Assembly (NCBI GenBank): GCA_964035545.1
Contig: OZ037765.1
Span: 4,660,698-4,724,697, forward strand
DNA: 64,000 bases
Source: Bugula neritina
Taxonomy: Eukaryota; Animalia; Bryozoa
Reading direction: 5' to 3'
Shown in pieces: positions 37,480-55,600 of the stretch. Both the position numbers and the translations under genes were made by a program. The notes beneath the pieces were generated by a model. It searched no databases and was not told the origin of the DNA. It saw only the letters and a list, made by a program, of their open reading frames with translations. Within the stretch, counting starts at the first letter, position 1, and every line of letters starts with the position of its first letter.

Positions 37480-37962
37480 GATCACATGATTCAATGACGT
37501 TCTGCACCACTTCTTTAGCGGTTGTCTGTCGATTGCAGCAAACTAGAACTAAAAAAAAATTGTTTAAAAATTAGTTAAAATTTGTAAACAAACTATTATA
37601 TACGTCAACAGATGTTTAAAAAAAAATTATTTTGTAAATAAACTTGTTTTTAATAAAACTAACAAAACAAGCTGTGTTAGTTACATTGCTCTATACGCAG
37701 CTCCGAGTTGGGGATGATTGAATGTTCTAGTGTTTGGACCTAACTCTAAACTTCAGAACTTTAAAGCACCGCACTCCTTCACCCCCAACTTGGAGTTGCT
37801 TATAAAGCAATTTGTATACGCCAATAGAAATGTAGGCTGCTACTAAATTTACTTATGAAAGTGATGACGTATCCTTCAGAACGCTTATTACACTCGTCGC
37901 TTTGTGTGATTTTTCCTTCCATAGTCGTCCTTTTGATTTCCAGAATTACTTAAACTTTTGCT
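37480..37962. promoter_or_regulatory. Bidirectional promoter between LEPROT and VCP
   Basis: The divergent ATGs at 37479 (-) and 37963 (+) are only 483 bp apart. The interval contains TGACGT half-CRE motifs at 37495, ~37602 (reverse) and 37865, plus TCACATGA at 37482. Confidence 0.75.
37685..37811. mobile_element. MITE, family A copy 3 (inside the LEPROT/VCP bidirectional promoter)
   Basis: ATTGCTCTATACGCAGCTCCGAGTTGGGGATGA ... TCACCCCCAACTTGGAGTTGCTTATAAAGCAAT. Confidence 0.7.
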
Positions 37963-44509
<6,547 letters not shown>

Positions 44510-45265
44510 ACTAATGTTTTGCAACAATAGTAATGCACGTATTAGTGACATTTATTCGTGATAGGTTTTTCCAGTCACTGACCAGATAAGAACTGGTTGA
44601 GAAAACTGCAAGTTAGTCATGTCTGACCGCTACTATGGGAATCATAGTTGTGTGGCTTCAATATTAGTATGCAGTTGTATTCTGTTGTAATCTAATCAGT
44701 TATGCATTATCTTGTCATAATTCTGACATTTATTTGAAGGTTATTATTTGTATATTTCAATCCATTTGTTAACAAAACAAACGTTCACAGTGCTTGAATG
44801 TCATACTATTACTGATTTATTGCAAATATAATAATATATTGTAAAACTGATGTGTTCTCAAAATATTTTGCATTACATTTAAAATCTGTCAGATTTGGGG
44901 GAAATTCATGTTAGGAGTTAATCTTAGCTAGGTTCTCAAAAAACTATGCATTCAACACATGGAAAGATGAGTATAGCTATCTTCTTAAATTTTGATTTTT
45001 GGCTAACTGGCGGTTTTAGTCCTTGGGTGCTACCAATTTTAGACAGAATAGCAATATATTTTCTAAATATTTGAAGGAGCTATTTTGAACATTTTAGTGA
45101 AGGAAATAGCTTGTTGTAAGGGCTATGTTATGTCATGGCCACCATTAAACATGTTTTTTTATACTAACCGAGTCTTCTGTAAGCTGTTATTTGGAAACCG
45201 TGTTGGCCAATATCCTTACTAGTTCTTGGAGTTGTGTTTTCTTATAGTTACTTTACGTTGGCCAC

Positions 45266-45274
45266 TGGGTGGTC
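45266..45274 (+). promoter_or_regulatory. Perfect GLI/Ci binding site (TGGGTGGTC) upstream of patched
   Basis: Exact reverse complement of the GACCACCCA consensus. It lies ~350 bp before a likely non-coding first-exon donor (AAG|GTAAG, ~45628). Two-mismatch sites occur at 45024, 45299 and 45375. Confidence 0.75.
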
Positions 45275-46634
45275 GCGGTTTGTGTTCTGCTCTTAGCTTA
45301 GGTGGTTAAACATAATAGAGCACCTGCGGTTGTATGGCGCTCGTTGTATGATCGAATTACACATGGGCGGAGCTTACCACCCTGCTTTTGTTGTGGAAAT
45401 TCGAATTCTTATAACTAAACTCAACTTATCTTCACTCTCACTATGTTGTGAGGTGAGTCAATGTCGAAATAAACCAAACGTTATAATGATTTTCATTTTG
45501 TTCCTGTGTAAAGCGAGAGGCTTAAGTTAATATGACCAGTTGAAAGCTATTTTTGTTGAGACATGACTTAAACTGCCAGCGCCTTGCACAACAACTGCTA
45601 TAGAACGAGAATATGAGTAACTGTAAGGTAAGTTTTACTGTCACTGTCAGTGTCATGTCGAGTGTTGAAGGTTACACCTATACTAACAGTTAATGTTCGT
45701 GCTAGTAAAGCTTTGAGGTTAAGTTTTGCAAAATCTAAGAGTAAGTTTAACTTTTTAGTCTTCCACTCATTTTTAGTAATAGTACTGGTACTTACTATTG
45801 ATTTTATGATAATTAAATTACATTGAATTGATAGTTTTTTGCTGCTGTATATTCATATTAATTTTCATATTGATATTCACATGTCATTATCATCATGATT
45901 ATGATTATCTATATTAATATAACTATATTACTATTAGTATTAGCATTAATGCTTATAATAAAACTAAAATGATATGATATAAATTTATTATATACATGTA
46001 GTAAGGCAGGTTCTGATAAATGTATTAACTGAAAAAAAGTTGCATAGGTTTGGCTGAGAAGTTAGAACAGAAGGTTGAGTGCTGCATTGTTAATAAACTT
46101 GTCTGAATTGAAATACAGATGGCATTGGACACATAAAATAAATGATGACTATAATTTTTGTTGAAATAAACAAGTGTTTTATTACATTGAGGATTTTCCT
46201 TGCTCGCTAAAAGTAATACCTAAAGTTGTCGCCCTAAAAAATTATCTGAATTTGAAGCAAAAACATATGCTTTAAATTAAATTTTAAGCAGTTTAACTAA
46301 TATCCAAACCACTAATTAAACCAAAGGAATATTTGCTTCAGCCAAACATTTAGATTGTGTGTAAAATGTTTTTATTGTAATTTTAATGGCACTCATATTT
46401 GACTAAACATTCTAATTTTGGTAAATTACTCAAAGTGGGTGACGATTCTCCAAAGTTGGAACTTGTATTCCTATATTCTAGTGACTGAGTATGATTCATC
46501 ATCATTAAATGTGGTATTAAAATAATGTTACATTGAACTAATTATTACTATGACCTGCTATACTTTTTAATAACATTGACGGGTGAAGACTAATCCTTGT
46601 AAGATTACTTGTGTGAACAGAATGTGACTGAGTA

Positions 46635-49600
46635 ATGCTGCTTCTCAAGAAAATCACTGTTGGCCTTCATGACATCATTTGGAATTGTCTTCTGACAATG
46701 ACTGCTTGGAACAACCAATCAGGAAGCTATTCTTATCAGGTAAATTTGTTTTAATTTGCTTTTATAAAGATCTTTGGTAACAAATGTGCTTACCATTTTC
46801 TAAAAATACTTATTTGAGAGTTAGATTTGTTACTTGGATTATCATGCTGCAAAATTAAGCATATGTTGTCAACTTGCCATTTGATATTAACTTTGCAAAA
46901 TCCTGATGAATCTAGAAAGTGTTAATGAACTAGTTGCTTTGTAAATTTTAAACATAACTTTGGCATTTACTCATTATATTATACTATAATGTGTTAATTA
47001 TGTATTACTTTATTATACTACTACATGTTAACTATGTGTTACTCTTTTACACTACAATATATTAACTAAGTATTAATATATATTACATTTCTATTTAGTC
47101 TAAGAAAGCTAGAGACCCAGAGTTATCTACAAGGACAAGTTGGGTTGATGCCCAGCTTGCATATCGACTAGTACTGAAGGTAAATTTATTGCTACTCAAC
47201 ACATTTTTGTCATTGTTTTTACACGTTATACTTTATGCTTATGGTTCTTCCACTATACCATTCTGTGTTTTCTCAGTTTTTAAATAAGTTTATACTTTAC
47301 GGTTTCAGGGCCAGCTATCCGGTAAAAAGTGTGCTTTGCTCGTGAGGAGTCACTTGCAAAATCACTTGTTTAAATTAGGTCGTTTTGAGCAGAGGCATTG
47401 TGGGAAGGTGCTGATCTTGGGCCTCCTTTTCCTTTCTCTGTTTGCTATTGGACTGAAGACCTCAGTGGTTGAGAGTGATATTAACAAGCTTTGGGTGGAA
47501 GGTTTGCTTTCGTTTTGTTATAGTTAGTAAAATGTTCATTTAATAAATGTTTTCACTGTTTTGGAAAAATTTAAGTTAATGTCCAGCTTTTAAAGTCAAG
47601 TACACATGTATGTAACCTTTAGAGATTTTTTAAAGTTGTGGTGTTTATAAGTGTATGATATATTCTTTACTATACAATCTTACCTTATAATTTTTGTTAG
47701 ATAAATCTTGTAAAAAAATTGATAAATTTGGAATTGAAAAGAGAGTAAGTTTTCTAATTACTAATTATTAGCTAGGTAAACATAAACATAAACAATTTAG
47801 TAAAATTAAATAGTAGAAAATTATTTAAATAGTTTTACAAGTGAAATAATTAAAATGGCCAAATATTTAATTTCTAACATATAAGGTTTTTTTGTTGATG
47901 TAAATTTTTACATATCTATAATAATTGTTTACAGTTTAAATATTTTTAAATTAACTGATATCATCTATTTATTGACTACTTGTAAGATATTTTAGTTGTG
48001 ACTATCATGATACTTAAGCTAATGCTGACTTCTATTTAAGATTTATACCTAACAGGATGTGAGGTCACAGTTCAGACCGTGTTTAGTAACGTAAGACTGG
48101 TCTGTTGTTAGAGGATGGAAGGTTACCCAAAGAACTGGAATATACTAAATCAATGTTAGGGGAGGGGTATGGCTCTGAAAATCAAATAGTCATACAAACA
48201 CCTGGTACTGGGGCTAAGAATGTGCTGACCAGAGAGTCTCTGCTAAATCATGTGGAGGTCGTAACCCGAGCAACGAAGATTGAAGTCCATTTGTTTGACG
48301 AGTGAGTCAGTTTCATGTTGTGAGGATTTGTTGCTGCTAGAAATATTTTTGAAAGCATTTTGTATTTTCTATCTGAATTGTGTGGTCTTGAAGGGCAAAA
48401 ATTTCATGTAAAATTGTAATATTCAGTTATAAAAGTATTCAATTGTGTCCTAGTCTAAATATATTAATAAATGCATAACTTTTCTCAGAGTAGGTTTTTA
48501 TGTAAATTGTGAGTTGTGTTATGTAATAGTATGATGTAATATATTTTTATATGCATTGTGATATATTCCTATTTATATTGCCATATATATGTAATATACT
48601 GTTATATTTATGCATTGAGTTATTGCTATATTTATGTAATATATTGCTATATATACATAATATTTTGTTAGAATTTGGCGAATAGATGACTTGTGTGTCA
48701 AAGCTTCATTTCCTTCCTTTGAAAACTTCCTGGTTACCCTAGTAAGTATATATTAATACAGTAATGTGAGCTATAAGTTATATAATGTAATACAATATCA
48801 TATTACATCATGTATTTGAACCAAGTCATTGCTAGAACTTTGGTCTTACAAAGTTTCATATGAAAAGTATTTCTTATAATATTTCTAAGATTTCTTTTTT
48901 CAGCTCCTAAATAAACTGGTTCCTTGTGTCGTGATTTCTCCACTTGATTGCTTCTGGGAAGGAAGTAAAGTGCTGGGACCCAGGCGTCCCTTGCTACTGT
49001 ATGTATTGAGATACTTAATCTAGATTAGTTTTATATATATATATATATATGTATGTATATATGTATTTATATATGTATTTATATGCATATATATATATTC
49101 CGATAAAATGTATATATATAATATACATTTTCATAAAAAATATATATATGTATACTTTATAAAAAAAAATTTATATATTATGTTGCTTTAAATTATCTAT
49201 ATCAGTTACGTTGCATAATGTATACTTGGCAGTCATACAATCATACAGCATGATATATCATTCACAGATTTTATGTTATCCATAAGAAAGGTGTTATCCA
49301 TAGTCCACACTAATGCTGATTAAATTAAAGCTAGTTATAAATTGTTGGTAACTTTTGCAGTAAACATTTAGCTGCCTGTTGAAAGTTGATCATAAGTTGC
49401 TGAGTGTAATAAGCTGAATTTTATAGCCTCTGGGTATAGCAACAGACTCAATTGTTTTTATTAACTATAAGAGTAAGGGCTATATGATTTGTATAGTATA
49501 CAGGCTACTAAAAGTATCCACCAAGTCTGGCTTAGCACAAAGGCCTGAGCAATTAATATTTGATCAGTTAAAAATCCCAAATGTGGTTCAATGAAAATGT

Positions 49601-52600
49601 TTACAGCATTATTTTCTAGCTTTGTGAGTAGATAGTATGCTTAGTCTTACTGTGTTTATCATTGCAGTGTTATGAACACTCACTGTGCATTGTTGATTGT
49701 TCATAGTAATTACTGTATTAATTCAATTTAAACTATATGGGTGGTATTTCAGTTTTTAAGCACTGGTTCTTAATGAAATATTATGTGTATAGTGGACTGT
49801 GGCAAACAAATTAACTCAATAAATGTAGTGTGAACCTTTGTTTGCTCAGTGAAATGCTGTGAAAAGGCACCCATACTGCATGGTGTTGGTTTGTTGTTAC
49901 ACTGAGAAGTTATTTCAGCTTGCTTTTGTCTTTCCGTTAGCCCTGCTTCATATGGGCTGGAACCTATCACATGGAAGAATCTTTACCCTGAATTGTTAGT
50001 CAGTACACTGGAAAACAATATGGACTTTGATTTCGATATAGTTAAGGACGCCCTACGCAGGGTATGTACCCTCTCTCTTATACAACCTACTTTGCCCTCC
50101 CTCTCTCTAGGTGTGTGGTCAGCAATGCGGCTATTGTTACTCATGTTTACTTTTTATATGCAAGTGCGTCAGCAAACAAAACAGCTGCAGGCAGCGCCAC
50201 ATTTCAGTTTGAAAGAACATGCTTTCTGCATTCAATTGATATTGTTTTTGTGTGTGTGCGATGTTCAGTTATAGAAAACTAGGCGATCTTTCTAACTGAG
50301 CTAAGATTATTGAGATGCCCAAAATGGTTGGCGTCAAGAATTGCTGAAACCTGTTAAAGCATGTTTTTATTAAATATTATTTGGAGTGGCTTGAGTTAAG
50401 TTCTTTTGGATTTTTTGTGTGACCAGTGTGAATGTAATTCTAATGATTGCTACTATGTTCTACCAACTATTATGTACTATCATCTACTATGTACTATCAT
50501 ATGCTATTTGCTATCATATACTATGTGCTACATGTGCTATCATGTGCTATATACTACTATCTGCTATGCGCTATTATGTGCTATCATATGCTATGTGCTA
50601 ATATCTGCTATATACCATCATGTGCTATATCTACTATCAACTATGTGCTATATGCTATCATGTGCTATATACTACCATATACTATGTACTATAGTGTGTT
50701 ATATGCTATCACCATATATGTGCTACTATGTACTATAGGGTTTTGTTATTCATTATAGTTAAACCAACTTTCATCACAACTTGTGCTGATAATCTTGTTT
50801 CCTATTGCAGTGTATAAACATGTTGATTGTGATAATTATTGATTAGCTAGGATTTCATAACTATTCACACTTCTATTATTACTTCACAATGAATCTTTTG
50901 TTCTATTGTGTTGGTATAATATGTTTTATAGTTGTGTATGTACACACTTTTTCTAACCTGTTAGAGTTGTCTCTCTCTGTATACTAAAGGCTGGATTAGT
51001 ATCTGGATACCAGAAGAAGCCCTGTCTTGACCCCTTTGACCCCGAGTGTCCCGTATATTCTGTCAACTATCGTTCTACTGAGACTGTGGACTCCGTGGCT
51101 CCAGCACTCACTGGGGGCTGCTCTGGGTTTGCCCCCGAGTTCATGCATTGGGAGGAAGATATGATAGTTGGCGGTAAACTTATTGTTTTTATGTTTTTTA
51201 TGGAGTTGTGTGCTCGTTGTAGACAACTTCACTATTTAAAACTCCTTGCCTTATGGAATTGTGAATTATGCTTTCAAAAAAAATTTGCGCCTTCTATTAA
51301 ATTTTTATACATGTATTTTATTGAGTCATATAAAACTATACAAGTCATGGAAATATGTGATAAATATTATCCTTTTTACTTTTTACATTAATTTTAATTG
51401 AATTGCATTAAAAATTAGACAAAAATAAACTAAATGAGGAGTAGCCAATAATATAGTTATCATTAAAAATAATTATAATAAAATTGAATTATATTTTAGA
51501 CTTTAGTTTGCATTTGGCTTACAGTTTTATGTAAAATTTGCTATAGTAATTAATTGAATTAGTTTTACGTGAACCTTCCTTGTGCATAATGCATCATTTA
51601 AATCTTATGTATGTGCAAAAATTACATTATTTCACATCTATCTACATCTGTTTGTATTTTATTGTAAGTACTTTAGTGTAAGTATTTTATTGTAAGTACT
51701 TTATTGCAAGGTGTGACGAGGAACAGAAGTAATGTAATGGTGTCGGCTGAAGCTGTACAAACTATTATTCAAATAATGGGGGAACAGGATTTATACAACT
51801 ACTACAAGGGCACCTACCTCGTCAGCTCTATTGACTGGACTCAGGAGAAGGCAGCACAAATCATAGAGGTCTGCTTACCATTTCTACCATCTCTACCTCC
51901 TACCAACTCTACCACCTACCAACTCTACCTCCTACCAACTCTACCTCCTACCAACTCTACCACCTACCATCTCTACCTCCTACCAACTCTACCTCCTACC
52001 AACTCTACTACCTACCAACTCTACCTCCTACCAACTCTACTTCCTACCAGCTCTACCTCCTACCAACTCTACCTCCTACCAACTCTACCTCCTACCAACT
52101 CTACCTCCTACCAACTCTACCTCCTACCAACTCTACCTCCTACCAACTCTACCTCCTACCAACTCTACTTCTTACCAACTCTACCTCCTACCAACTCTAC
52201 CTCCTACCAACTCTACCTCCTACCAACTCTACTTCCTACCAACTCTACTTCCTACCAACTCTACCTCCTACCAACTCTACCTCCTACCAACTCTACCTCC
52301 TACCAACTCTACCTCCTACCAACTCTACCTCCTACCAACTCTACCTCCTACCAACTCTACCTCCTACCAACTCTACCTCCTACCAACTCTACTTCCTACC
52401 AACTCTACCACCTACCAACTCTACTACCTACCATCTCTACCAACTCTACTTCCTACCAACTCTACCTCCTACCAACTCTACTTCTTACCAACTCTACTTC
52501 CTACCAACTCTACTTCCTACCAACTCTACCTCCTACCAACTCTACCTCCTACCAACTCTACCTCCTACCAACTCTACTTCCTACCAACTCTACCTCCTAC

Positions 52601-55600
52601 CAACTCTACCTCCTACCAACTCTACCTCCTACCAACTCTACTTCCTACCAACTCTACCACCTACCAACTCTACTACCTACCATCTCTACCAACTCTACTT
52701 CCTACCAACTCTACCTCCTACCAACTCTACTTCTTACCAACTCTACTTCCTACCAACTCTACTTCCTACCAACTCTACCTCCTACCAACTCTACCTCCTA
52801 CCAACTCTACCTCCTACCAACTCTACTTCCTACCAACTCTACTTCCTACCAACTCTACTTCCTACCAACTCTACCTCCTACCAACTCTACTTCCTACCAA
52901 CTCTACCTCCTACCAACTCTACTTCCTACCAACTCTACCACCTACCAACTCTACTACCTACCATCTCTACCAACTCTACTTCCTACCAACTCTACCACCT
53001 ACCAACTCTACTTCCTACCAACTCTACCTCCTACCAACTCTACCACCTACCAACTCTACTTCCTACCAACTCTACCACCTACCAACTCTATTACCTACCA
53101 ACTCTACCTCCTACCAGCTCTACTTCCTACCAACTCTACCTCCTACCAACTCTACCTCCTACCAACTCTACCTCCTACCAACTCTACCTACTATTACCTA
53201 GCTATTACTCTCTTTTTACTAAAGAAATGTGTTAATTTAAGCTTCTCTCAGCTACTTAACTATCTTACTGTTTCATAAATCAAACCACTTGCTATTTATT
53301 GATTTTAAATGTGTTTTGGGTATAAACAATCAGTCTTTTAAGCAGCATAAACAAAAGAGTTTTTCTTTCTTCAACTTATCTTAGATTATTTGAAAGCTAG
53401 CTCTGGTTAAGTTGAATTGTGCCTTAGTTTGCGAGGAGTTCGTCACTAATTATAGCAATATTCTAACATATACAAGATTTTCATTCTGCATTTTAAGATA
53501 TAAAAACCTAAAAAAACTTTCAACCGACTAAGTAAGTGATTGCGTTCTAATTTGCACGCACTTATTTTCATTCAGCTGATTTACAAGTAATGTGTAATAT
53601 GTTCTTTTTACCTATAGCTTCTGTCATTAGTAGCAAATCAGTAATTCAATATAATATTATAGTAATAGACAGTATATATTTTCGAATCAACAACTTTTCG
53701 AGTCAAAATATTAAGATGATAAAGATGGCTTGCTTAGCTTTCTTAATCACATAAGATGTAGTTAAATGGCAAAATAGTAAAAGTTGAAGGTTACCTTCAT
53801 TGTGCAGGTGTTCCAGAAGAAGTTCACAGAAGTGGTTGTCTCATTCAACAACCAGTCTAACGTGACAGACTCTGTCAGCTCGTTCACTCAAACGTCCCTC
53901 GACGAGCTGATTCAGGAGTTCAGTGAGATATCCTTTGTCAGGATTGGAATAGGGTATGGCTTGATGGTGAGTAGAACAATGGTGGGCTGTAGCTATTTGT
54001 TTCTATTTATAAATAATCTTAATTATTTAAATACTCTACACTGTTGAGACGTTTCTTCCAAACTATTTTAAGGGAACTGAGCAGATATTTCCAAATTTAA
54101 ACGTATGTTATTAAAGAATGAATGTTTTGATGTCACTTGAAATTTCAAACTATTTTTGTGTAATTCAATAAAGTTTTGTGTTCGTAAAATATTATGTAGG
54201 CTGAAACCTAAAATATTTTAACTTATGGAAAATACGCCAAGCTTGGTTTTTATAGTAATAGTTTTTTAAAAGAGAATAGAACATAACTCCAAATACTGCA
54301 AAGTCAATTTATATTTCAAGTTATGGAAAATACGCTAAGCTTAGTTTTTATGTGTATGGCTTTTTAAAATGAATGGAGCATAACTCCAAATACTGCAAAT
54401 AAGTCAATTTATTACACTTGTTGTACTGATAATATTTCAGCTGCTATACGCCATCCTCACACTGATGAACTGCTGTAACCCAGTACACTCACACGCTGGA
54501 GCTGGAATATGTGGTGTTGTGTTGGTATCTTTGAGTGTGGCGGCTGGACTCGGGCTATGCTCACTTCTAGGACTACCCTTCAACGCTGCCACCACTCAGA
54601 TAGTGCCGTTTCTAGCCCTGGGTCTTGGAGTAGACGACATGTTTCTTATGGTTCACACTTTCTCTCAGATATGTTCCTCAGGCTACACTCACTATCAGGT
54701 CAGTCTAACAGTCTACTTGCACACAAATACTATTTCAACAATTCTTCTTTCAACTTTTTTTAAAGCGATATGCTTACAATTTATAGAATAAAATGTACAT
54801 TAGTTTAGATCATCATTAATATATGGATTTTACCTGGGATCTGTTTAGAATTTTAAACAAAGTTATTTAAGTAGAAAAATTGTATTGTGGAATTTATATT
54901 ATAGAGATGTATAAGCATTCACAATTATTGTTTTAGGAGTCTTTTCAATATAAATTTTATATTTAACTTTTTTAAATATATTTTTATCCAATTAGTTTAA
55001 AAAAGCAGAATATATGTTTCAAAAAAATAATTAATGAAATTGTTGATTGATAATCATAAGTTAAACTTATTGTTTCAAACCATTTCTTTGCTGTAGCTAC
55101 ACTTTTGTTGTTATAAAAGAAGGCAGCTTCTAACTATATGTCCAGAAAAAGAGGCAATTTATATCTTATGAAATTTTTTCTTTCAACTTATAGAAGTTGC
55201 CTACTCAAATCTTGCATAGTTAAGTATAGACATTATACAACAGCCCAAAGTTACTATATTATGAGATGGTAACTCAGTGATATATAAACCTGACATGTCT
55301 TTGTACTGCAGGACCAAGCTGGGGAGTTGGTGAAGAGAGCCGGGTGCACTGTTCTACTGACTTCTCTGAGTAACAGCGGTGCCTTCCTCATAGCAGCTCT
55401 GGTACCCATACCAGCTCTCCGGATGTTCTCACTGCAGGTGTGTGTAGATACAGCGTACTTGCTGTTGCTACTGCTGTAGGTGAGCTAGTATCTTACTGTT
55501 GTAGGTGGGCTAGTATCTTACTGTTGTAGGTGGGCTAATATTCTACTGTGTTGTAGGTGAGCTAATATTATACTGCTGTAGGTGGGCTAATATTCTACTG

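Noticed and set aside
50406-50758. Cys/Tyr-rich ORFs
   Set aside because: They derive from a degenerate intronic tandem repeat. The same applies to the ORFs at 57305-57585 and 16364-16681.
51704-53278. 524-aa ORF as a stand-alone gene
   Set aside because: Only 51711-51868 is a patched exon. The rest is a G-poor 16-bp minisatellite that cannot encode stop codons.
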